A stretch of 64,000 nucleotides of DNA from Eledone cirrhosa (taxonomy: Eukaryota): contig OZ024745.1 in NCBI GenBank assembly GCA_964016885.1, positions 70,370,001 to 70,434,000 of the forward strand, written 5' to 3'. The notes below the pieces were generated by a model that saw only the letters and a list, made by a program, of their open reading frames with translations, did not search any database and had not been told where the DNA came from. Shown one piece after another: positions 27,054 to 40,021 of this stretch. Each line of letters starts with the position of its first letter. The first letter of the stretch is position 1. Made by a program: the position numbers and the translations under genes.

Positions 27054-29358
27054 ATACAACATATCAACATCAAGGCTTATGAGATCGTATCTGGTCTTGG
27101 TATAGATGATAGGACGGCCCCATACCAACCTTGGGAGCCGAGGATTACCATTAAGGACCACAAACCAAACTTCGAGTCTAACCTGCCGGTCAGACTGATA
27201 GCCCCCTCCCGGTCAGACATGGGGGTTATTAGCAAAAGCATTTTAGATATGATCCTGCCCACACTTAAGAGTAAAATAAGGTTACCACTCTGGTCCTGCA
27301 CCAGTCAGGTGCTGAACTGGTTTACATTTTTACCTGACAAACATATGACTAGCTTCATACAACTAGACATCAACAATTACTATTCCTCTATCTCCTGAAC
27401 AAGGCATTCATATTCGCGATGAATAGGACAGACCTAACACGCGACGAGGTCCGAATCATACACGCCGCCAGAAAGACCCTGATCCGATTCGGTGGGGACA
27501 TATGGAGCCGGGGCGACTGGGCAACTAATTTTGACATTACAATGGGCTCCAGTGACACCGCGCAGCTAACGGACTTGGTTGGGATATACATACTCTACGA
27601 GATCAGGAGAGAAATACCCATCCTAGGTGGCGGGCTGTACCGAGACGACGCACTCTTCACCGTAGTGGAACACAGCACCACAATGGTCGAAAATATGAAG
27701 AGGAGAATTAGGCACTTCTTTAGCAAAGTAGGACTTAAAGTAGAGATGGAAGCCAATTGAAAAGTAGTGAATTTCCTGGACACAACCCTCAATCTCAACA
27801 CCAAGCTACACCACCCATATCATAAACCCAATGGGAAGCTGGTGTATGTCAACGCTGGGTCCAATCACCCTAGATCTATAGTTAAGGCCGTAGTTAAGAG
27901 TGTCTCTGACAGGATCTCTAACTTGTCGGCCAATAGTAACTATCTTCAATAGTAACGCTGATTACTATAACTCAGCGCTAGCCAAGGCGTCCCACAGCCA
28001 TAGGATCAGCTACAACCCTAAGGGACATGATCGAGATCACCCAAGGGTACCAATACCCTCAGGGGCATGAGTCGCCCACCTAATACCTCGGTGACCAGTA
28101 GTAACAATCCCAGACCTCTATCCGTCACCACCCCCGGTAGAAGGTCCCGCATACCCCACCGGTCTAATACCTACAACGCTGAAAACCCCTGTGCTGCGGA
28201 GCATAGGCACCCCTGCACCGGCCCCACCACCCGCCGAACCCTAATTGAGCAGGGAAGCCGCACCTCGCAGGTTTATAGCCCCACGGGGGGCCCATATAAC
28301 CTTCATGATACTGACCGCTCCGCACACCTGAGTGACACGAACCGAGCTCGACCTGAGCTGTGCACAACCACGCGATGGCTCACGGCGGACACCCAACAAC
28401 CCCGCAAGAATAGGACCAGGAAGGTCACATGGTATAACCCTTCGTACTCGGTGGGTGTACGTACCAGCCTGGCTAGAACATTCTTTAGCGTACTGGATAA
28501 ATGTTTCCCTAGGGCCCACAAGTACCATAAAATATTCAACACGCACACGGTGAAACTTTCCTACTGAACCACACGCTCCGTAGCCCAGCACATAGCTGGT
28601 ATAAATAGGAATAGGCTCACTACCTCTAATACCACCGTAAACCCCGGAGCCACCCAACAGAACCAGCACGCGGGATGCAACGGAACCCGGACAGGCCCAA
28701 CTAGCACACCGGAAACCAACGACCCTGTGCTCATTGCGGAGGCTACCCCGTACATGTGGTGGGGCTTAAGAAGTCATGTAATTGCAGAGACCCATCACTA
28801 TGCCCCCTTAGTAAAGAATGCATGACGAAAAACGTAGTCTACAGGTGCAAGGTCACAACCCCTAACTCGGAGCACCACTACATAGGATCCACAGCGACGA
28901 GCTTCAAAGATCGGTTGTATAACCATCGCTATTCCTTTAACAGAATAGATAAGAGCCCTTTCTGAATTGATCTGGAAGCTCAAACTTGAAAAGACCCCGC
29001 ACTCTCTGGTCTGGTCCGTGGTTAGAAAGGTTCCCCCAGACAGAGGCGGGTCTGGTATTTGCAACCTCTGTCTTAGTGAGACACTCGAGATACTTCATGG
29101 TGGAACCAAGCTATTAAACAGACAGGCCGACTTATTCGGTGCCTGCAGACACCTAAGGACGGGAACTTTCCTCAAGCTTATGGATAACCCCCGGTTAAGG
29201 CCTCCCACATCCCCCCCCCACATGTAGGTCCCCTACACCCGTACCAATGACCAATGGACAACAACAACCACCCATAGTTTGTGGTCCTTATGGTGGATGG
29301 TCCACCGGACCTTCTACTGGTTAGGAGTCATCAAAACCACGTTTTATTGAACCTGATT
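27050..29358 (+). mobile_element. Penelope-like retroelement (RT + C-terminal GIY-YIG), 5'-truncated, pseudogenised
   Basis: RT motifs ITIKDHKPNF..PVRLIAP, FIQLDINNYYSSI, ITMGS, GLYRDDAL, VNFLD; linker RKVTWYNP; CNCR..CPL..C; VVYRC..YIGST..FKDRLYNH; CNLCLSE..LLNR..CRH; several frameshifts and stops; (TA)n on both sides. Confidence 0.92.
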
Positions 29359-29390
<32 letters not shown>

Positions 29391-29446
29391 TATATATATA
29401 TATTTTATATGTGTATATATGTGTATTTTATATATATATGTATATA

Positions 29447-29545
<99 letters not shown>

Positions 29546-29650
29546 ATTTTATATGTGTATGTATTTTATGTATATATATATTTTATATATATATATATAT
29601 TTTATATATATATGTATTTTATATATATATGTATTTTATATATATATATG

Positions 29651-29702
<52 letters not shown>

Positions 29703-29729
29703 TTCTGCTTACATATATATATACACACA

Positions 29730-30030
29730 CCTGTATGGATTTGTGTGTGTAGATGTGTGTGCGTCTGATGTGGTAGGTGTGAGTGTATGTACAATTCAAC
29801 CAGCATAAGCCTTTTATTTCTAAATTATCTAAACTATCTAAGTATTTGACTCTAACCATTATTTTAAGTATTACCACCCCACATTAATTCCTCATTGTAT
29901 GTGTGGATGTGTGTCTGTGGAGGCGGGTGTGAGTGTACGTGCAAGCCAACCTACATAAGGTTTTTTATTTGTAAATTTTCTACTCTAACCATAATTTTCA
30001 ATCGCACCATTCCACATAAATTCATCAATT
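29730..30030. repeat. Two diverged tandem copies of a unit of about 150-165 bp
   Basis: GGTGTGAGTGTA..CAACC..CATAAG..TTTTATTT.TAAATT..ACTCTAACCAT..CCACAT.AATTC.TCA occurs twice. Confidence 0.6.
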
Positions 30031-30300
30031 TAAAAATGAATATATATCTGACCACGAAAGCTTTTTGTGAAAATCAGTCATATGGAACTATTGTCATCTT
30101 GCCTGAGGCTTTGAACTTTACAACACCACCTGCCTCTTTGAGGTCAAATACCAACCCTACTAGCATCTACAAACTGACCAATGAGAATTAAGACTATTCC
30201 TGCTGACAACATTAAATTATTCCTAATAAGCTCATATGTCCCAAGGCTCTGATACCATCAACACTATAAACACTGAGCTGGCATATCTAAGAACTGACTA

Positions 30301-30356
30301 ACTGCCTGATGAGGACATAGCCATTCAATGTCTATCATCGAAATATATATAGCAGT
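30301..30356 (+). ncRNA. Type I hammerhead ribozyme with palindromic stem III
   Basis: ACTGC CTGATGA G-GACAT..ATGTC..C GAAA TATATA TA GCAGT, followed by AATAAA and a tail of about 45 nt into (TA)n. Confidence 0.8.
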
Positions 30357-30397
30357 AAATAAAGGATTATGAGTTCATGCAATTGACTTATCTTTCG

Positions 30398-30465
<68 letters not shown>

Positions 30466-30899
30466 TGTATGTGTGTATAGTTAGGTTTCTTTGTGTTCCT
30501 GATTTAGTGCGTGGGTTTACACATGAGATATGGATCTTGTTTGTTTGTATGTGCCTATTTATGAGTGCTTCAAGCCACAGGCCAAGTACGTTTAAACGTT
30601 AGATTGTCAATGAAAGCTTCAATAGGAAGATATGTTTTTTGAATATTATTTACTTTATCTAAGAGGCAACAATTTCATCAAAATGTATAAATATCCATTC
30701 GACGTAGGCTCGCTATAATTTCAAATTAAGTAAATGAATGCCCTTTAAATATAGGAAGAACAATTTTAGAATATATGGCAGTAAATCACGTAGTTAAACA
30801 TAAATAGAATATATACGTACCGTTGTGAAGATATCAACCTAAAAGAATTATGATATAGTCTTCCGGTTCAGATAATTCGTTTCCTATGTTCCGAACACA

Positions 30900-30938
<39 letters not shown>

Positions 30939-30967
30939 GCACACACGCACACATACACACACACACA

Positions 30968-31013
<46 letters not shown>

Positions 31014-31202
31014 TACACATATGCACACACACACACACACACACACACCCACCCACAACCCCACACACACACAAACACACACACTAACGAAGGAACTTTA
31101 ATACTATGTATGACCAAACCTAGCTAACACTAATGCTTGCATGCAAGTAGATAATGAACCTGATTAAACGGATGAGATATTTTCAGTTTCTTCAAACAAA
31201 GC

Positions 31203-31480
31203 GATGTTGAACAGTTATTCATAATGAAGTTATAGATGATAAAGGGATGTTGAATAACAGTTATACATACTGAGTTTGTAGATGACATAATGATGTTGAA
31301 TAATAGTTATACATACGGTGTTTGTAGATGATATAATGATTTTGAACAAAATGTATATATAATAAGACTGAGGATCCTATAACGATGTTGAGCAGGTACA
31401 GATACTTGCACTGTAGATAGATTAGTGAAGTTGAACAGTCATAAATAATGATAATGTAGGGATATTAATATCATTGGATA
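31203..31480. repeat. Degenerate minisatellite, about 45-bp unit, about 6 copies
   Basis: Recurring GATGTTGAA(TA)ACAGTTATACATA..TGTAGATGA..AAT. Confidence 0.75.
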
Positions 31481-32430
31481 CTCTTTAACATAAATGAAAC
31501 TATCCCACTCATTTCATCGTATTCATTTCCCATGCGCCTCTCAAAACACAAATGTCAAAGAACAACTCTACCCGATTCTACATCTAATTAATTCTAACAG
31601 GAACGAACCCTAACCTTAAAGGTAATCGAACTAGTTATCTTTACTTTCAATGATACCGGATTGAATATCAAATAACGATATTGAACAATTTCAGGAAATA
31701 CCATTGTAGATTATATAGCTATATTGGTGTGTTGATGTCTGACCCGATCATTGTCATGATAATTTGTTTTGTTTTTCTTTTTCTATTGTAGTTCAGGTGT
31801 ATAATGTGTGAAGGACGTTTCAACACATTAACTTACTTGCCTCAATGGACAAGAATTAATCAATTATTGCTAAATAGACAAAGTAATCTCCGTCATTCAT
31901 ACTTTGTACAACAGCCGACATTTTTACGCCACTAATTCGTTACTAAATATTTTAAATGCTTTGCCTGGATATTGCATCAACTGTGGCTAGCAAATAAATA
32001 TTTAAAATCTTGGAAGAATATTTTCTATACTAAAGACAGAGTGTGAAGGTTGATCATGTACACAGCTCAGCAGTGCAACAACATCGCATATGAATAGCAG
32101 CCTATTAAACACTCTAGCATTAAGGATTAAACTGATGTTGAGATAATAGATAGCCACATAAATAGACGTGGTGTGTTCTGCGTGACATATATATGCCATT
32201 TGACTTCAACCAAGGCGTAGAAAATACCCCGAGAAATTAAATATAGATAAGTTATTCACTATTACAAAGAAAGCGTAGCAAATCACACAGGATAATGTGC
32301 ACATGATTTAATTTAGATTTCATTAGCACGTATAAAACTTTGATTTCGTTTTACTATACTAAATGTATGTTCTTGTTTATATATTGATGGTAGTTTGTGT
32401 AGTGCAAAGCCCGCCTAAATTCATGCGAAA

Positions 32431-32682
<252 letters not shown>

Positions 32683-32717
32683 TATATATATATATATATA
32701 TATTATGTATATATATT

Positions 32718-33058
32718 TCGTTTCTGAATTTGTTTAGCAAGATTCTTTATCTGAAATCGGATGTGGCGCATGCGCAGACTGAGCACACAACACACACACA
32801 GAAACAAAATGGCGTAGGACAGAACAAAGGAGAGGCACAGAAACAAAGAAAGGAATCCCCAGTCACTGAAGAGGTCACAGAGTGTGTGACGAAAGAACTA
32901 TGACTATATATAAACAACTATCTGGTTGTGGAACCAACCAACCAGAAATTTATAGATTTATAAACTTATAAATTTATAAATATATAATAAATTGAAGTGA
33001 TACAACTGGTGCGTGTGTTTCTTATTGGCAACATGACCCTCCCAAAATATAACAATAT
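32718..33058 (+). mobile_element. Family A insert with inverted 42-bp tail and HHR
   Basis: 32718-32759 matches 4402-4443; 3' end matches 4554-4648; (TA)n on both sides. Confidence 0.8.
32861..32905 (+). ncRNA. Minimal type I hammerhead motif
   Basis: AGTCA CTGAAGA G GTCAC-loop-GTGAC GAAA GAAC TA TGACT. Confidence 0.7.
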
Positions 33059-33059
33059 G

Positions 33060-33176
<117 letters not shown>

Positions 33177-33571
33177 ATATATGTATATATATATATATAT
33201 AGTAGAAACGTAATAAGAAATATTCAAAGGAATCAGAGCAGTCGTTTTATACAATAAAATAAGATTATTACACGATTACATAATGCGAGTACCCGCGATT
33301 CGTTAGCGTATTATATAATACCACATTTTCAGTTCCTCCCGTAATGATGTATTAATTTTATATTTATATATTGACAAAGATAAATGAAGACATGTACAGA
33401 GATAGAATTGTGCTAATGGTTATTAATTTCACGTTTGTGGGAGAAGAAAAGGAAGACTTCAACGTATCAGACATTTGTTTTTCATTAGAAAATAGTAAGG
33501 TTAAGCGGAAAAAGCTTTTGGATGGAAAGAAGAAATTATTTATCAGGAAACATGTTAACATCAGGAATGTG

Positions 33572-33710
33572 TTGATGATTTCATAGGAACGAAACAGTTC
33601 TAATCCTGTAGAAATCATTTCTATATATAATAAACATGCCAATACTCTTCCAACGCATTGAGTGAATTTTTAATACTATGGTTTACCCCCGATATCACTC
33701 GAGAACCTAC
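33572..33710 (+). mobile_element. TA-anchored insert with degenerate HHR (family G)
   Basis: TTGATGA TTTC-ATAG-GAAC GAAA CAG..CTG TA; homologous to 54679-54806. Confidence 0.5.
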
Positions 33711-33727
33711 ATATATATATATATATA

Positions 33728-33871
33728 GGAAAATGTTGAAGACCCCGACGGCAGAGCTCAAGTCATTTCGACGGCTATTTCTGGACTCCTATTACCCACT
33801 ATACTACCCTAAGTATTGAGTACTCTGGTGCATTATGGTCCACCTGGTTCCTTACCACACTTCCTTCATTA
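33728..33871 (+). mobile_element. Family F insert, inverted upstream part joined to forward tail
   Basis: 33728-33787 is the reverse complement of the HHR 3' half; 33788-33871 is the forward tail. Confidence 0.8.
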
Positions 33872-33883
33872 TATATATATTGT

Positions 33884-34727
33884 ATGCGCCTTGCACTGGA
33901 GAAACACCAGGACTCTGGCTTTACTGTAGCACCGGCTCAGAGCAGGAGAGTTAAGGCGAAAAAGATATCGGATGCTGAATTTGCCGACGACATAGTTTTG
34001 GTGACAAATACAGTGAAGGACGCAGAGGATTTGATGCAGGAGGTTGAGACTGTGTCGATGAGTGTGGGGCTGACAATGAATGAGACTAAAACAAAATATC
34101 TGGTAGAGAATGTTGAGAAGTCAGAGGGGATCACTAATGTAGGCCGCAAGCCGCTAGAATTGGTTGAGGACTTCCTGTATTTGGGAGCAAAAATTTGGAA
34201 TACGGAAGATGATGTGGTTGAGAGGAAGAGAAAGGCCTGGGGGGTGTGCCACAGCTTGAGATCGTTGTGGACGTTGGACCTTCGTAAAGACCTGAAAATT
34301 AGCCTCTTCATTGCTGTAGTGGAATCTGTGCTGCTGTACGGGTCTGAGACTTGGACACTGAGCAAGAAACCCACTCAGATGGTCGATGGGTGCTACACGA
34401 GAATGCTGAGGATGGCTCTGAACATTAATCAGTATACACTGAGGATTAAAAACTCAGAGCTGTATGGGAGCCTCCCAAAAGTCAGCTCAAAAGTAAACAG
34501 AGGAGACTGAGGTTAGCTGGACATGCTCACCGACATCCAGGGTTGACATTGCACTCAGTGCTCCTGTGGGAGCCGCTACATGGACACATTGGAAGAGGAT
34601 AGACCAAAGTTAAAGTATGTTGATGCCGTAAGGACAGACACTTGTCTGTTGGAGACATAGGACGTGGCAGCGACAATGAGCGACAGAGACCGCTGGAGAG
34701 AACTCGTCCATGGTTCTCGGGAATTTT
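33884..34727 (+). mobile_element. 5'-truncated RTE/RTEX-like LINE (RT C-half), decayed
   Basis: EFADDIVL, GLTMNETKTK, DFLYLGA, ESVLLYGSETWTL, RLRLAGH, DRDRWR; inserted in (TA)n. Confidence 0.88.
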
Positions 34728-34742
34728 ATATATATATATGTG

Positions 34743-34898
<156 letters not shown>

Positions 34899-35245
34899 TG
34901 GTGCCTTTCCATTTTAGAGGCGTATGCATTTATCCAAAATCTCTGAAGAAGTGACAACTGATTATACATTTGCTATCGAATACTTGCTAACATTATATGA
35001 TTACGCAAGCAGCGATACATAGGTATTCCGTCTGTTACAGAAACATATGTCAATACCTAATAAATTCCCTTTTTAAAAAAACCCACTTTCATTTTATATT
35101 CATCCTTTCTACATTTTCTCCGGAATATAATTTATACTCGTTGAGCAAACCTGCACGTACGCTGTTCATCTCTAACGTAACGATATATTATCACTACATT
35201 ATTGATAACCTGAAATTTTATTAATCTCCTATACAGTTGAGCAAC

Positions 35246-35327
<82 letters not shown>

Positions 35328-35330
<3 letters not shown>

Positions 35331-35426
35331 GTTGCCTCGGCAATGTAATCACACTTCAACATCATTCTGATAAATATTGCCTGTACAGGTAATAAAAGTC
35401 TGTATACATATCTGGGGGAGACCCTG
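35328..35426. mobile_element. Possible miniature Tc1/mariner-type MITE
   Basis: TA|CAGGTTGCCTC...GGGAGACCCTG|TA imperfect TIRs. Confidence 0.4.
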
Positions 35427-35800
35427 TATATATATATATGATATATATAGAGTGGCGGACCGGCTCAATTGCCAGGTTGCCCAATGGCAAGTGGCCCCCA
35501 GGTGGTCCACGGGAGCATTGCAAGAGCCCACACTAGCATTTCAGAGTCCACTGTAGTATTTTAGGGGTCAATGCTTTGCTTTAAAAAAATACCTGAAATC
35601 TAAGAGAAAGAACATTTTTAAAAAATAAATACAATAATTAAACAAAGCATTTGGTCAACCAATTTCCCAGGGAATTATTAGAAGCCAAAATATACGTTAG
35701 CACAAATAGCTGGAAACAGTGGTTGCACATTCTACTAAATCTAAAGCTTAGTGTATTCATTCATGCATGCAAACATACATATATAGACACATACACACAA

Positions 35801-35866
<66 letters not shown>

Positions 35867-35952
35867 TTACACAAACACACAAACTACTAACCAAATAATG
35901 TTTGGTACTGATGGGTTAAAGACATCTGTCAAAGAAATTAGTGGTGAGGGTG

Positions 35953-36009
<57 letters not shown>

Positions 36010-36043
36010 CTTACACAAACACACAAACTACTAACCAAATAAT

Positions 36044-36154
36044 TGTTTCTACTTTAGGCACAAGTCCAGCAATTACTCAGTGCATTACTGGTACTTTATG
36101 TTATCGACGCCGTAGGGATGAAAGGCAAAGTCAACATCGGCGGGATTTGAACCC
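36044..36154 (-). mobile_element. 5'-truncated SINE with 13-bp TSD
   Basis: CTAACCAAATAAT at 36031-36043 and 36155-36167. Confidence 0.9.
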
Positions 36155-36220
36155 CTAACCAAATAATGTTTGGTACTGATGGATTAAAGACATCTGTCAA
36201 ATAAATTAGTGGTGAAGGTG

Positions 36221-36265
<45 letters not shown>

Positions 36266-36277
36266 ATATATATATAT

Positions 36278-36378
36278 CTAAGGCGGGTAAAATTCCCGAG
36301 ATCCATGGACGAGTTCTCTCCAGCGGTCTCTGTCCCTCATTATCGCTGCCATGTCCTGCGTCTCCAACAGACCAGTGT
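36278..36378 (-). mobile_element. 3' terminal 100 bp of the same RTE-like LINE
   Basis: Matches about 34640-34727 ([28 protein letters not shown]); in (TA)n. Confidence 0.85.
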
Positions 36379-36670
36379 ATATATATACGCACTCACAAAC
36401 ACACACACATACACACACGCATATATATATATATTGAGTGAGTGTGAAAGACCAAAGGTCATTATTGAAAGTCTCTAGATTTCGCAAAATACATATTTCC
36501 TATTGGAGAAGTAAGATGTTTTTCCGCAAAACTTTGATTGCACTGTTTTGTTTCCACTTATGTATTTTTTGAAAATGTTATTTATTCATTATAAAAATTA
36601 AATGATAGCATTCTACATGTAGGACGGCCCCCTTCATCTGGCAAGCAATATTTTTAGACCTAGTCCGCCA

Positions 36671-36719
<49 letters not shown>

Positions 36720-36790
36720 AATATATATATATATATATATTTAAATATATACATATATATATATTTATGTATATTATTCAAATATATATA

Positions 36791-37120
36791 TATAATGAAA
36801 TGACAGGAGGCTGGATTTGTGTAAATCCTTGAAAGGTTTATTATACTATGATCATTTCAATGACCGGGTTCCGTATGAATCCGGTGATATCGGAACCCGG
36901 TCATTGAAATGATCATAGTATAATAAACCTTTCAAGGATTTACACAAATCCAGCCTCCTGTCATTTCATTATAATATTTAACTCCGTAATAGCACCACCA
37001 ACTACAAAAACAAAGACGGTTAAACTGCTTTACGTTGAGTACTCTCTTTATTATTACATTACGGTTGACCATACGGAATAGACCAGCTCTATACAGTGGT
37101 GAACCTCAAACCTGAATAAA
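36791..37120 (+). mobile_element. (TA)n-embedded fold-back insert, family D (HHR 3' half)
   Basis: Perfect 83-bp IR 36791-36873/36891-36973; GAAA TGATCA TA at 36906-36917 followed by AATAAA; unique tail of about 145 bp. Confidence 0.75.
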
Positions 37121-37145
37121 TATATATATATATCTTTCACTTATT

Positions 37146-37270
37146 TTTGACTAAAGGAATTTTAGCCTGATAAATGGAAAAAGATGAGTATTGTACGTCA
37201 ATACTCATCTTTTTCCACTTATCTGAGGGTTCTAAACCCCATTATCAGGCTAAAATTCATTTAGTCAAAA
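37146..37270. repeat. Nested inverted repeats
   Basis: Outer TTTTGACTAAA.GAATTTTAGCCTGATAA/TTATCAGGCTAAAATTC.TTTAGTCAAAA; inner TGGAAAAAGATGAGTATTG/CAATACTCATCTTTTTCCA. Confidence 0.8.
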
Positions 37271-37576
37271 ATACGGTGAAAGCTATTCTATTTTCTAATT
37301 TCAAACCTGCTCACTGTTTCAAAACATACTTACATATATATAATTCCAATCATTATAAGTTTGAATCTAGCTGACATGCAAAAACATATATATAGGAATA
37401 AGGTAAGTCCAAATCATAGTAGATTCAAATATCACAGAGAGAGAGCGAGCGAGAGAGAGAGGGGGGAGAAATGAGGTGAAACATGGATTGCAGGTTAAAA
37501 TATAGTCTAGATAGATGTGAAACAAAACGAGGATGTAGTTTATAGAACACCTAAATGATTTAGAAGTCGACCTTAT

Positions 37577-38309
<733 letters not shown>

Positions 38310-38403
38310 ACATACATATATGTTATATATATATACACATACATATATATAAATATATATACAATATATTAATAAATGGAAACTATATTTATAAAACCAT
38401 ATT

Positions 38404-38469
38404 TATTTTATTATACATATTCCAAGGGCCACCAAGGCAAATTATGGTGCGCTTTCATCAGATAAAATA
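38404..38469 (-). ncRNA. Type I hammerhead motif (left arm, GAAA changed to GGAA)
   Basis: Minus strand TATTTTAT CTGATGA AAGCGCACCA..TGGTGGCCCTT GGAA TATGTA TA ATAAAATA. Confidence 0.7.
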
Positions 38470-38607
38470 CAGATCTGTTTTATAAATAAATATTGACAGA
38501 CCCGGAAAAAAAGAAAACCTTAACGGTTGGAGTTTCCTGGCTAGCTCCAACCGTTAAGGTTGTCTTTTTTTCTAGGTATGTCAATAATTATTTATAAAAC
38601 AAATCTG

Positions 38608-38673
38608 TATTTTATCTGATGCAAGCGCACCATAATTTGCCTTGGTGGCCCTTGAAATATGTATAATAAAATA
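38608..38673 (+). ncRNA. Type I hammerhead motif (right arm, A9C)
   Basis: TATTTTAT CTGATGC AAGCGCACCA..TGGTGGCCCTT GAAA TATGTA TA ATAAAATA. Confidence 0.7.
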
Positions 38674-38838
38674 AATATGGTTTTATAAATATAGTTTCCA
38701 TTTAATAATATATTGTTTATTTACTCCATTAAACTGTTGAGTGCTTTATGTCAGTTATACAAATTGTTGAGCTTGTTGAATCCCAGCATATTAAATATAA
38801 CCTCTGCATATAAATATATATATATAAATAAAAAAAAA

Positions 38839-38878
<40 letters not shown>

Positions 38879-39096
38879 ATGTATGGTGCATATTTATAAA
38901 AATATATATTATATATTATATATTTGTATGCATATATATGATATATATAACCATAGATGCACATTCCTGTAAGTATATATATGGATAGAGAGTTGCTGAA
39001 AATATATGTCTGTGTTAAACTATAAGCACATATTTGTTTTAGTCTGCGAAACATTGACATACACTCATATATGTCAATGTTTTGCATGTGTGTGTG

Positions 39097-39157
<61 letters not shown>

Positions 39158-39978
39158 GGGTTACATGTGTGTGTAGCAATATTAAAAAGAACTGTGTTTC
39201 TTTTTTTATGGTCTCTTGTTGTTTTGATTATCATACACTGTCTGTTGATTCATAACTCAAAGAGTTATGCTTCAACCTGCTATAATGAAAACCCTTAGCT
39301 CTCTGTCAAAAGCCAAATATTGTATTGCTGAAAGTGACGATGAAAGATATATCATGTTATTTTCGAATTTAATCAATCAAATATGTGTATATTAATGAAA
39401 AGTGAAAGGCATCTGAACTACATATTATTTATTATATTACTGAATGCAAAGTTACGGGGTTGGATGACATGGCATCATACATAATACGTTATAGTTTGAA
39501 GTTCATGATCGGTAGTCTTCTTTTGAATAGAAGCGGTTGGATGATATTTATTTATGTTTATTTGCTATTTCCTTCTGTTTATCGGAAAGACAATACACAT
39601 ATATACAGAAAATTACATGAAATTATTTTCGAACATCAGTTAGAAATTCATATATTGATTTTGAATGCTCACTCTTAAAATTTATAAACAAACATCAATG
39701 TTAATTGTGAGTTAGTGTTAAAATATTTCATGTTAGTCACTGTGCCATGTATATCTTTTCATAGCGTCTATAGCATAATATAGAAGTGACACTTCATATG
39801 TTAGCAGTATTTATGTTACATATGTGTGAATGAGGGTATGAATGTGTGTGGTTATGGATGTATATACGTATAACTTACCCTCACAACCATTTAACACAGG
39901 TTTATTTGACTCAGGCTTTATATATTCATTAAAGAAATGCCACCTTCAAACATATATACATACACACACACACACATA

Positions 39979-40018
<40 letters not shown>

Positions 40019-40021
<3 letters not shown>

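Larger units (their letters stand above)
35450..36673. mobile_element. Long TIR element (CAGTGGCGGA family) containing nested insertions
   Basis: Left end GAGTGGCGGAC, right end GTCCGCCACTG, TA flanks; whether these two ends belong to a single insertion is inferred. Confidence 0.55.
38361..38808 (+). mobile_element. (TA)n-embedded fold-back insert, family E
   Basis: IR arms 38361-38532/38545-38716 plus tail of about 90 bp. Confidence 0.8.

Noticed and set aside
27758-29300. Selenoprotein PLE (in-frame TGA at 27758 and 28565, ATGA..AA..GA hairpin at about 29247-29298)
   Set aside because: The element has several frameshifts, so it is decayed; both TGAs are one substitution from sense codons; hairpin spacing does not fit SECIS geometry
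29281-29340. HDV-like ribozyme (ACC-TTCTACT-GGT resembling P3/L3)
   Set aside because: P1 has mismatches and the P1.1 GG and P4/J4-2 elements are missing
31203-31480. CRISPR-like array
   Set aside because: Whole units are degenerate repeats without unique spacers; eukaryotic context, no cas genes
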